Origin: Azolla caroliniana
Taxonomy: Eukaryota; Plantae; Polypodiophyta
Assembly: GCA_043228905.1 (NCBI GenBank)
Contig: JBHGNT010000001.1
Span: 11,098,001-11,162,000 of the forward strand
Reading direction: 5' to 3'
DNA length: 64,000 nucleotides
Part shown: piece by piece, positions 13,301-24,907 of the stretch
Layout of the letters: every line of letters starts with the position of its first letter
How positions within the stretch are numbered: position 1 is the first letter of the stretch
The notes under the pieces: model-generated
Databases searched by the model: none
What the model was told of the DNA's origin: nothing
Seen by the model: the letters and a program-made list of their open reading frames with translations, nothing else
Translations under genes and position numbers: made by a program

Positions 13301-16300
13301 CCCCATGGACCATAATCTCACCACCCTTGTCATTGACGGACAAATGCCATTATCTCTTGCCAGGGCAGACGCTTCCCTAGCTTCGAAGACCTCTCCATGT
13401 TAGATCAAACTAGGCTATGTTAGATATAATCAATGATCAACCCCATGTTGTCACATTTATCCCCACATGTATTCTTTGAGAGCACATTTTGTGATAGCGC
13501 CCCAAATGCGGAGTATCTATTGCAACGTGACCATATGGATTGATGAGGTATCAATGTGGGAAACTGAAGTGAGTAGGAGAGAATGTATTTAGGAAAGAGG
13601 GAAGTAGGGTAATGGGATTGTCTAGTAGTAAACTATACAAATGTTCTTTGCTGGCATGGCAAGTTAAGATGTTCTTAGTCTTGAAGCATTTGTCATTGAC
13701 TTTAAGATAAGTACTATCTAGTACTCCTTAGGAAGGGAATATCCCCGCTACTATCAACTGACTTGCACGTGACACTAAGACCAAACAGAGAATATAATCC
13801 ACTCTCTCTATCTCTTACACCGTGGGTGTGACTATTATCCATCCCCACTAATTTTGTAGTCAACTGGTCCAGATCCCATCAATGCTCTAAGGTGTGAGCG
13901 CACAAGTGGATTACCATTGCGAGCTATTCTCATATGTAATAGAAAGTTTGTATTCACATATACATCTCTGCCATTGTAACTTTCTCTGACTAAAGATCTT
14001 TGGAAGACAAAATTTACGATATATCTGACTAGAGAATCTTACATGTACCGATAACACGATTATTTAGTCTCTTTTTATCTTATTTACTTATTTACTTACT
14101 AACACTAATTTAATTTGTTTTGTTGTTCTCAAAGACAAGGTAACACTTAAGATGTAATCTCTTGTTTGGTCTATAGATCATTTTTGCCTCTTAAAAGACA
14201 TTAATATATCTTCCTTTCTTTCCCAAATAGGATCTCTAATTATGATAAGAGAAAATAAAAACCAATTAAGAGTTCTCAATGTAAAGAATCTCACAACTGT
14301 CCCCGGCTTAAATCTGTCAAGAAACCAAGGAATCATTGGTCCCAAAATATCTTGAGATATAGCTTTTTCAAGGAACTGTGGCCACATCTTCTCAATAGCT
14401 TGATTGAGCCACTGCGCTTCTTGGAAGTCAGAAAGAGGCTGAAAATGCAATAGATGATGTTGAAATTTGCAACATGAGAAAAAATGTAATAAAAACAAGT
14501 TTTAAGTATCAATGGGATCTGCAGAAGTACTCTGTCTTGGAGTGCAGACCTCTTCCCCTCACTGCGCATTTGTCTACGTAATCTCTTGACATAAATACGA
14601 TTTGCCTGTATAATTATACCAAATCCAAGCAACAAAAAAGAAAAAACCACATGTAAGAAACAGATGGCAGAGGTTTGCAATTTATGTTATGGGTTATTGT
14701 GTTCACCATACGTCTAGACTTTTATTTACTTTATGTGAAATTAAAAGCCATTACAGAGTGCTCATAGTTGTGAGTTAAATCACTGGTCCCAGTATACAAT
14801 GTGTAGGCCCAATATGTTCAAAGATACCTTTGAAATTGGTTCATGAACACCCTAAATGACTCTTTGTCAAGTTTATTATGATCAATTTAGTTTGATGGTA
14901 TACTTGGTTCTACTTTGAGATTAAATTATTCTTGCATATTCACATCCCTTCACAATAATATGAGGAGAGTTCAAAATACTTTCAAATTGTGGAGTTTTCA
15001 AAATTCTTTTAGCCATTTATCCCCATCAATTGCAATTTTCCACCATAAAGTCCATAAGTTGGTTACCTCTTTTCGTCATTAATTTCCCTCATCAAGTCCT
15101 CTTTTTTATTATATTATAAGGGATTCCATTCATTATCTTCACATCAATTTCCAGAGCATTGCACTTTTTGCTAATAATTTCCAATCCCTTTCTACTTCCC
15201 ACATAAGAAAATGTTAGGAAAAGATCCATCACGCAAAAATAGAGAGAAAAGAGATTCATTTAAAAAAGAATCAGAAACCCTCAACAGATATTGGGAATGG
15301 AAATTTTCCAAAAAGAATTTGGTATGGAGCTTCGCATTGAAAACTTACAAAATTCTCAGAAGATATCGTGATTGGAACACTTCACATAAGAATCTGTATG
15401 CAAATGTGCCTAAGGAAAGGACATTGCATCAATAAAGAAAGAATTCACAACTCAAAACATTCCACATAAGAAATCGGTAAGAAAAGATGCATCAGGAAAA
15501 TGACGAGGAATAAGCAAAGGAAGGGAACCTACTTCAAGAAAGAAAGGTATGCCATGCAAACGTTCCTACGATGATCTGCATCTTCGAGTCAGGCGCCGAT
15601 GGGCACATCAAACTAACCGTGAGTATGAAAGCCTTCACAGTCCAGGCACAAACTCGAGAATTCTACGTAAGAAGTCATAAGAGAAGATGTGCAAATGTTT
15701 AGAAATAAGTAAAACGAAGGGAAACCTCCCCAAAATAGAAGCAAACTTCTCAAAAGACGGCAGAATGGAAGGTTTCACATATCAGAAAGAGAGAATGAGG
15801 ACACGCAAAATTTGAAGGTAAAATTCAAGAAAAAGGAAGGAATTTTATTTTGGAATAGAAGCAGAAATTCAAAAACATGCAATAAGAATGGAACATTTCA
15901 CGTAAGAAAGCACCATGAAGGGGTCCATCTTTACTGGAAGATTTCAAGAAAGATAAGAGAAGGGACGGGAAATTCCCTTCAAAATAGAAGCAAAATCTCT
16001 CAAAAGACATAAGAAAAAAAAATCGAGATAAGAAATCAGTATAAAACGATACATCCTAGCAGGGAAAAACTCGAGAAAATACAGCTTCACAGGGAATTTT
16101 TCAAGAAAGGGAAGGGAAGGGAAGGGAAGGAAAATTCGCCTAGAAAAGAAACAGTGTTTCTCCTAAAATATGAATAATGGAACTATAGATGTAATACATC
16201 AGTAAGTAGAAGTTGCAATTAATTTACCTCGAACAAGAAGAGGAAAGCTAGGGCGAAGATCCAGATGGAGGAGACATGGAAGAAAGAAGCCAACCAGAGG

Positions 16301-16425
16301 AGGAAGAGAACAATTCCAATGTTGACGAGGAAAGGTTGGTCGAGGAAATTAATCGAACTCTGCTGAAGAGAAGATGATGGTGAAGACGAAGAAGAAGAAG
16401 AAGAAGAAGAAGAGGGAGGTTCCAT
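4373..16425 (-). CDS. NTMC2T6: Synaptotagmin-like TM-SMP-C2 protein (At1g53590/At3g14590-like); 9 exons visible, 3' exons lie beyond base 1
   Basis: GT-AG exons with consistent phase: 16425-16228, 14605-14531, 14438-14295, 11484-11389, 11310-11188, 11019-10867, 10790-10749, 9256-9181, 4465-4373. Peptides: WLNQAIEKMWP..ILGPMIPWFL, LGRRPP..GDDHL, FLAGEDMTAVL, QMTVRPLFTHG..AGWM-DRLVADIFEKCLVQ-PNMVVVDVE, IIEASKLKPSDFNG (C2 start). Family assigned from recalled Arabidopsis sequence. Confidence 0.9.
4581..4878 (+). repeat. 149-bp tandem duplication in intron 8
   Basis: Copies 4581-4729 and 4730-4878 differ at about 3 positions. Confidence 0.95.
7003..7407 (-). pseudogene. LINE (RTE-like) RT N-terminal fragment
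   Basis: LKFGKAQDRDGL..E, LLAHIFN, IVPILKSGD..PSNYRTI..LAKLY are typical non-LTR RT N-terminal motifs. Confidence 0.85.
9264..9530 (-). mobile_element. RTE-LINE 3' tail abutting the exon-8 acceptor
   Basis: Reverse complement of the tail motif plus upstream GAGACCTCTCCATTCTGGATCAA. Confidence 0.75.
11690..14223 (+). mobile_element. Decayed 5'-truncated RTE-type LINE in intron 3, interrupted at 13418-13987
   Basis: KILLYADD..ELQRHLNAL at ~11940-12012, ALERRRAHLQFQEPRTKLWL, SSHQLEIE-like segment, 3' tail ending in a CT-rich run at ~14223. Confidence 0.8.
13418..13987. mobile_element. ~570-bp insertion, probable solo LTR
   Basis: Absent from the homologous LINE copy at ~4110-4130. Begins TGTTAG. 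Flanks GGCTA/GACTA are an imperfect 5-bp TSD. Right end is CT rather than CA. Confidence 0.55.
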
Positions 16426-16778
16426 GGCACCTCGAAGAGAGAAGGTCTTTCACAGGGAAGACGAATGGACCTGATACGTTAATCCTGAGTCTGCCCTCAC
16501 CTTTCGCCTGATTCGAAGAATTGGCGTGTAGCGGGGTGCATGGATGGACATCCGATCTTTTCTTCTGCTTCTCTCTCTCTTTCTTTCTTTCTTTCTATCT
16601 TTCTTTCTTTCCCTGATTGTTTCTGCTTCTTCTTCGACGTGTGATCCTTCCCAACCTTTCTACTTCGGGATCATCTTCTTCTGCTTCGATTCATTCGACT
16701 TCTTCTTCAGACTTCTGAGTCTTCTTTGGTGAGCTGCCCACGTTTGTGCAATTTTTTGGGGATTTAAACGAACCAACT

Positions 16779-16815
16779 ACATACATACATACATACATAC
16801 ATACATACATACATA
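16779..16815 (+). repeat. (TACA)n microsatellite upstream of the NTMC2T6-like gene
   Basis: About 9 TACA units. Confidence 0.9.
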
Positions 16816-17420
16816 CTCTCTTTCTTACAAGTTACCACCCCCCCAACCCAACCCAACCCAACACACACACACACAAGAAGCATGCAACTCTTCACTTTTA
16901 TCGTCACGTGCCACACTCGTCCACTGTCGCTCTACTTTTCGGCCTCGGAATACTACTCACACCTGCACTACCACATGATCCAACCCCGAGTAGTTCCTCT
17001 ACACAACCTGATATTGGAACCGCCCCGAGTAGTCAAAAGAGCTGACTAAGTATGCACATGAACTTCATTGCATGCAAATCTCGAGGCCCGCCCCGACATG
17101 GAGGATACTTGGTTATTGATGCTTGTCCTGATGACCTTCGAGCTGATATGTGTGCCATGCAAGCCAACGAATACTAAGCCTGTGACAAACCCATTCAGCT
17201 CTCTCTCGTAGTCGTGGAATGCCCACATAAGGAAATCTATATCAAAACTAGTAATGCAAAAGTCAATGAATGACACGACGGAGAGCCACTAAGATAGATG
17301 GTATGTTGGGGTATAAAAAGGAGAAAGTAGGTGTGAAGGTTGCGTCATAAAACTTGGAATTAGTACTCCATGTTGACAATATATTATGAATTGATTATGT
17401 TTAATATTAATATTGATAAT

Positions 17421-17423
<3 letters not shown>

Positions 17424-17459
<36 letters not shown>

Positions 17460-17600
17460 CTATTATCGTATTGGGAGGTCAAATACGACATATGAGACCA
17501 AAAATATTACATTTCACGTAATACATGTGAAAGTGAGTAGCGACTCTCGATGTTCAAGAACTTTACCAATGAATGTTGCAATCGATTTTCCATGTATATG
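17424..17600 (-). mobile_element. Non-LTR retroelement 3' end (second tail family) with (CT)n tail
   Basis: Reverse complement matches 47775-47915 and, more weakly, 48186-48325. Each copy ends in a pyrimidine-rich or microsatellite run. Confidence 0.6.
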
Positions 17601-18635
17601 AGGATCAAATGTGTTCATGTTATGTTGATTCTAAACTCCAAGCTTGGTACAAATGGTGTACAAGGTCTTGGAGTATATGATGTGTTGGCGGATGTATTTT
17701 ATGCATTTAGGGTTTGCAATATTCAATACTACATCAATCTCTAACATTTTGGCACGTAGTCTACGTGTTACATTTTGGCATTTTCCAGTGACTTGAATTT
17801 GGTCATAGTATCTATCTCATCGGTGTCGAATCCAATTTTCTAAATATAATTGGCGTAGTTATTTTAATTGTGCATCTTAGACTTATGCAAGTGGATGGTA
17901 TTAGTACGCACTCATTTGATGGTGTCACTTAGATATTAGACTACTTGTACACGCGTATCAACTCAAGAACTTGTTCCAACTAAGTTGGTGACCTATCTTT
18001 TTAAACATTGATTAATTTTTGCAAAAAAGTACAAACATCTCCACTACCATATATATTTAGAGTATATTAATCAATATATTCTTTCTAATGAGAAGTTACA
18101 CATTATATTCTTAAGGGAAGAAGGTTATACATATGTATGTACCTCTCGTTATAATATATTTAAATATCATGCTTTTCCCCCAAGTTCTAGCTATATGTAT
18201 ACATACATAGTCAAAAGTACTTTTATAATTCCATGAAAATTAAATGAGAGAATATCTCATTTATTATACCTCTCATTTTGCGAATATCCCCCTTCCCCTC
18301 CTTAATAAGGATGTTCAACTTCTTTTTCAATTTGAGGATATCCCTCCTTTCCTAGTAAGCACATTCAATTTATTTATTTTTTCGTAAATCAATGTTTGTT
18401 ATTAAAACAAAATGATAATACACCCCTTGCTATCTTCACTACTTTATAAATAGTGATAGTGCAAGGGAAACCCTCTCAAGTGTTGAAAAACTAAATGACA
18501 TAAGTCTATCTCCTCTTGGGACAAGATCCACATACAACATAGTTGTGAAAATTGCCAAATCAATTTCCCTTTCATCATACGGATTTGTTGTGTTATCCCA
18601 TGAAGTCCATCAAACAAGAACTAATTTCTCATGAT

Positions 18636-21600
18636 TCAATTAAACCACATCCCCCAATATCTAAGGTAATCAAAAACCACCTTATATGATGGTGTGGGCA
18701 TAACTTTATCCTCATCCATAAAAACCCATTTATAAGATGACAAAATATTCCCTGTTATCGAGGCCCAAAATTTTGACATAATCACCCAAATGGCCTTAGC
18801 AACCGAACATGTAATGAACCTATGTTTGGCATCTTCTTCAAACACCGTACAGAAAAAACATGTCCCATTCGAAATATGTCTTCGTTTTAAGGCCATCGCC
18901 AAAGGCAACCCACCAACTATGGCACGCCAAAGAAATACCTTAGCGCGTAATGGAAGACGAAACTGCCACCTTGCATCTAAAACTCTACGCCACCACTTTA
19001 CATTTCTAGTAATGCTCCATGCATCCAACACCTTGTTTTCTAACCAAGCTCTATCTTCAACCAACTTATGGTACACATCATTAGTGTGCACCACATAAAT
19101 CGATTTCCCATTACCAAATGACCAATCTTTCCATGGTTCCTCGACCACCAACTCTAGAATTGGGAAAACTAATGTAGGCAATGCCCATATTGATTGCCAA
19201 ATATACCCATATCCACGTGGTATATGAAACTTATTTCTGATTGTCCGAAAGGCCATCATTTTCCTACGTGACTCTAAAATACCATCTTCTACAGTGATCA
19301 AACCTAGCCATGCCATTCGATTGAACTATGAATTTAGACTTTCTTTTCCCTCCTAGTGTAATATCCTTGAAGCTGCTAACACCTCTAATGCCAATGAATT
19401 TATATCTTTTCTGCACTCAGGAGGCCTCCAATTAAACAACTTCAAACACCGTTGCCCAAAAAGCACCAATTGTTGAACCATACTAGATTCTGAACACTTA
19501 AACTGCCGAGTACTATTAACAACATGCCACCACGAAGTTGTAATTCTCGTTTTCCCATGGTAAATACCAAGCTTTTCCACAAAATAAGTATTTATTTCTG
19601 CCCAAGGTTGGGTACCTATGCACATACCTTTCAGAAGATTGATTCTTCGAGCCACCATATGATCTTCTAAATTTAGTAAAGCAACACCCCCTAACCGTTT
19701 TGGGGTACAAATATTGTTCCATGATACCCAACTCATACCAAGGTTTGTGTCTTTCTTCCATAGTGTATATTTAAGTGAACGAGCTAAATGATCAAGTGAT
19801 TTCTTTGCCCACGGTAACAGTGGCAAAAAATAAGAAATCATTGGAATCATTATAGCTTGTACCACTTTGAGACGAGTACTAAACGGCCATGCTTGAGACT
19901 TCCAATACATAAATTTGTCCAAAATGGTTCCCGATATCCAATTCAAACTTTGTGATGATGAGATATCAACACCAATAGGGTAACCTAAGTGTCAACACAC
20001 ATTGCCTTGATCTAATATTTGGCCACCCCATCCAAGATCCACCAAATCACTTTCAGTGCATCTAATGAGCATCGACTTCTACATATTTATATGTAATCAT
20101 GATGCCAATGCAAACACATTCCACACCTCCATGGTTTTAGCTATGTTATCAACTGTTGCTTTGAGAAATAAAAACGAATCATCAGCCAATGCTTGGGCGA
20201 TCAAATGTTTCCATGATGGTAGAGCTAATCCAACTATTTCCCCACGTGTCGCCAACTCATGCATCCTCACCAAAATCGGGTGTGTAGCAATTGCAAATAA
20301 CAGTGGACTCAATGGGCATCCTTGTCTAAGTGATCTTTTCAATGGTATTGCCTTAGTAACTCCACCATTTAACATAACATGTGAGACTGCACCTAATCCC
20401 ACCAACAACAATATTCGAGACATCCTTTCCCCAAAACCCATATGAGATATAAGTTGAGTAATAAAAGACCAACTTACATTATCATATGCCTCGATGTCGA
20501 GTTGTATCATTACAATTTGTTGTTTGGATTCCTTTGCATAATCCACTGCCATTTGCACATTCAAAATATCCCTTCCCTTAATAAACCCATACTGCATTGG
20601 ATGGACCATAGACGACAACACCTTTTGAAGTCTATTTGCAATTACTTTGGCAAAAATCTTATACATCCCACCCATTAATGATATCGGTCTCCATTGAGAA
20701 AAAGACATAGGAGATGCAACTTTTGGTATAAGTGTTAACCATACCAAGTTTCCATGAATCAGGCATTTTACAAAAACTCCATATTTCTTGGAATATAATT
20801 GTTAGAGGGGCTTTGAGTTCATGTAAAAAGGCTTTAAAAAACTCATTCGTAATGCCATCCCAACCCAAGCTTTTATCACTTGCAAGATGTGATAATACAT
20901 ATTCCACCTCCTCCTTTATATCCTCCTCCAATGCAATCATGTCATGTTGCCCACCACTCACCTTGACCGAGTTAAATAGCATCGATTGTGCTTGTGTTAT
21001 GCCATCATTCATAATACAATCTTGCCCAAAAAGATTCGTGAAATGTTTAACACAATTATCAATAATCACTTGTGGGTTTGTATTCAAAGTTCCATCAATC
21101 TCTACATTTACCACATTCATTCTAGCATGAGATGCCTGCAACCCATGGTAAAACTTATGTGAATTACAGTTGTGATCATGTACTTCATTTTTCATAGCCC
21201 TCACTCGTGATTGTTGATAATTGCGAACCTCTGATACTTGTAAGGCCAGTGACAATGTCTCTTGAATATCCAACAACATATCATCCAATGGAATCTTTAC
21301 CAACAATGCATTACATCTATCTAGAAAGTGTTGTAACAAACTCATCTTTTGTTTACTGATAGATGCTTGATAAATTCCATAATAACGTGTAAATTGTTGT
21401 ATATTGGAAAGACAAATATCCCATGACGAAACATTGTGGACATTGACTTGTCTTGTAAACTTCCCCATCAATTGTCCCATAGCATGCTTAAATTTATCAT
21501 GTCCAAGAAACGATGAATTAAATCTCAATGGTTGTCTCCCCAATAAAGCTCTAAAACCATCCACAGTTTGATGTGTCCATTCCAAAACAACTGGAAAATG

Positions 21601-22281
21601 ATCTGATGATCCAATCCCCCTATGCACTTGCATAGTCAAAAACTCTGGCAAGAATGTATCATCATGCATAATATAAATGTGATCCAGTCTACTCCAAGTT
21701 TATCTATATTGTGTCGACTGAAAGGTATAACCAACATCATTTCCATTGATCCAAGTCCATGCATCATACCTTACAACATCCATCATAAACAAATCCCATA
21801 CCTCTCGTTCAGGAGCATCCATCAAGCCATGCATCAAAGTAGATTGGCCCGCCTCAGAACACATATTAAAATCCCCTAACAAAAAACCGGATCTCCCATG
21901 AAGAAAAACTTGATTTAAGCATCTCCAAAGTTCCATACAATGTCTTGCAACATTCGATCCATAAATACCAACCACCCAAATATGTTTCCCTTCATAATTA
22001 ACTTCAACCACCAAAAACCGACCTTGTACATCTCTTTGAGCCACTACCGGTTTCAAGTTATCCCTTATAATAAGCATTATACCTGAATAAGGGCCCCCAT
22101 TGACTCTAGCATAAAACACGTGATATTGCTTATGATGAAAAGAAGACCCAGACTTGGCATGCTCCTTATGTTCTACTACACATAATATATCCCATTCACT
22201 ATTAAAAATACTTTTCCACATACCATATTGCTTGGACGGAGAACAAACTCCCCTTACATTCCATGTGACTATCTTCATCAC
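18636..22281 (-). pseudogene. L1 ORF2: APE endonuclease, RT, zf-RVT (several frameshifts)
   Basis: KIVTWNVRG, LGDFN, SDHFPV, WRPISL, LRQGCPLSPLLF, ALADD, PKRLGG, KVFLWR..CFFC..EDAKHRFITC. Confidence 0.92.
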
Positions 22282-22284
22282 TCA

Positions 22285-23770
22285 CTAATTATATTGCTTC
22301 TTGGCTTGTTGTTCTCGTCGTGCCAATATCTTTGGTATATCACTGAAATAATCACTTAAGACTGCAAATGCATTTTGCACAAATGGTCGATGATTATTGG
22401 TGGATACCATTGTACCCCATGAATTATCTGTTTTCCAATTTTGTTTTTCTAATGGTAAACTGATTTTACCGTTCTTATCAAACCTAAGGTTGAAAGGTTT
22501 TGTCCCTTGATTGGATTGTTTATATTGTGACCCTTGCCACGGTTTTGACCTTCCTTTCAATTGATCATAATTATGTGCATGTGATAACCCCATAGGATCC
22601 CTAGAGGAACTACCCCTCTCTTGTCCATTATGTGCATAAACTTTGTCTTTTTGGTACTTTGGATGATTTACCTTAGAGGCCACCTTAATCCAAGATCCAC
22701 CCTCATCCATTAAATCTTTTCTTGTTTCTTCAATATCTTTGTCATTATGTTCCAAAATAACAACACTTACCTTTTTCCACATTTGCCTCCTTAGTTTTCA
22801 ACACGTCATTATCATTTAGTATAGAGTCTGGCATTAACTCATTACCATGGGAATTATTAGTCACCTCCATTTCCGGTGTTTGATGACATTCCGCTATGAA
22901 ATGGCCTAAATGACCACATCGAAAGCAATGACCGGCAAATGATCCCCAATGCAATTGGCAACAAAATGACCTCATCTCCTCAGTCTTTATGTTTAGCCAC
23001 AAAGGTCTCTTTTTTGTTGTATTCCATAGCATAGATAACCTATATCGATATCTATTATATGCTTTGGCATTTGGGGCTACTATCACCTTTCCCAATTGTT
23101 CCATGACACCTTGAATTATAGGCCATAAAAACGAAAATTTACACTCTACCTCCACCCATATTGGACACTCTTGTTTCAAAATTTCCTGAAACTCGGCTAG
23201 TGATTTCCAAGGGACAATATAGACTAAATTATTATTGTAAAAGACCAGCAAACGTGATAACAATCTATCCCGTTGTTCTTCGGTTCGAAAAATGACCTCA
23301 AAAAACCCGTGTGGACTGTTATACACATCTTCCACACTATTCCTACCAATCATTGCATTTAGCCATTGTGCCACCCAATTTACTAAAGGATTTTTCCCTA
23401 TAAAGAAACAAATAATGCCTCTCTCATGAAACATGGAAAATGCCTTTAAGATTTCTCTACGTGGCATCTCCACCTTGACAATCTCATCCTCTTTTACATT
23501 GGCCACCATATTTGTATTATCCGCTAAAATCTCATGGAGTGCTTCATTAGCAACTACATGCATTACATCCCAATCCCAATATTGCACATTCCACTCCTCC
23601 TCCCCTCCTCCCATCACATGTGCATATGATGATATTGGCATCATATCTATATCCCCCTCATGCATATTATTAATGTCAATCTTTTGTTTCTTCAAAATAA
23701 CCTCATCTTCTCCTTCTCCTCTCTTAATTTGTATTTGTCTCTCAATTATTCCTTCATCCATTGCTTCCAT
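22285..23770 (-). pseudogene. L1 ORF1 (DUF4283-like + CCHC knuckle), one frameshift
   Basis: GFFEVIF, IVPW, CPIWVE, LGKVI, CFRCGHLGHFIAEC in ORFs 22745-23770 and 22285-22782. Confidence 0.88.
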
Positions 23771-24318
23771 ATATAATACGCCCCAATTATAAGGAAAAGG
23801 AAATTAATAGGAGGATGATTAACCTGAAATAGACCCAATGACATTCGAGCTTGCCGTCGAAGAAGAATGTTGTTGTAGCACTTGCCCAATTATGTCGATG
23901 TAGCCGCGAATAATTGTTCCTCTCACGTCTCCTCGTCCTTCTTCTTCTTCTCCTCGTCCTTCTTTTCCTTGTGATTTTCTGATTTTATCCTACTTTGTTT
24001 CTCTGATTTTCTCATTTCTCCTACTCTCTTTCTACTACTCCTACTCCTCTCTCTCTCTGTCACTTGTTCTCTGTCTCTCTCTCATGCTTCCATCTCTTTC
24101 TGATGCTGGGCTCGACTCCTTCGTTTCTCTTGTTCTCTCTCTCTCTCTAAGCACATTCAATTTCTATCATTAAGCTAATTCAACACACACACACTCTCTC
24201 TCTCTCTCTCTCTCTCTCTCATGTATGCAATTGTGTGAATTGTGTATATAAAACAACATGTTAATTCTCACGACCTATTTATGTGCTTCCTCTCTCTATC
24301 ACACCCACACTCTCTCTT

Positions 24319-24720
24319 CCGTAAATCTATGTTTGTTATTAAAACAAGATGATAATACAACCCTTGTGTTCGCCACAACTTCATTAGTTGTGATATGGCA
24401 AGGGAAACACTCTTAAGTGTTGTAAACTAGATGGCATAAATCTACCACATCTTCAGACAACATCCCCATGCAATATAGTTGTGAAAATTGTCAAATCAAC
24501 TTCCTTTTCGACTTACAGAGTCATTGTAGTACCCCACAAAGTCCATCAAATAATGGTCCAACTAAACCACATCGGCCATTACCTAAGGTAGTCAAAAACC
24601 ACCTGATATGATGGGGTGGGTAGAGCTCTAACACCATCAACGAAAACCCACTTAAAAGGTTACAAAAAACTTACTATTACTAATGCCCAACTTTTTGATA
24701 AAAGTAACCGGATAAATTCA
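24319..24720 (-). mobile_element. Truncated 3' fragment of the same L1 family
   Basis: CGTAAATCTATGTTTGTTATTAAAACAAGATGATAATAC... is collinear with 18383-18750. A third copy lies at 47568-47752. Confidence 0.8.
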
Positions 24721-24825
24721 TACACACTCAGACTGTCCATGGGTTGACATAGATAGATAGATCCCCCTCTCTTAGTTCCCTTCTTTCTTTCTCTCTCTAA
24801 ACAAAAGTTATCTTCCTCCTCTCTC

Positions 24826-24842
24826 TCCTCCTCCTCTTCCTC

Positions 24843-24903
<61 letters not shown>
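24826..24903 (+). repeat. (CT)n microsatellite, target site of the Copia
   Basis: Long CT run ending in the TCTCT TSD. Confidence 0.95.

Positions 24904-24907
<4 letters not shown>

Larger units (their letters stand above)
18372..24147 (-). mobile_element. Full-length L1-clade LINE (5.8 kb), frameshifted, with 16-bp TSD
   Basis: TSD TAAGCACATTCAATTT at 18356-18371 and 24148-24163. Short A-rich 3' tail. ORF1 and EN-RT-zinc-finger ORF2 pieces are in the correct order. Confidence 0.93.

Noticed and set aside
24238-24300. Short similarity to 48339-48395
   Set aside because: Only ~55 bp and AT-rich; cannot define an element.
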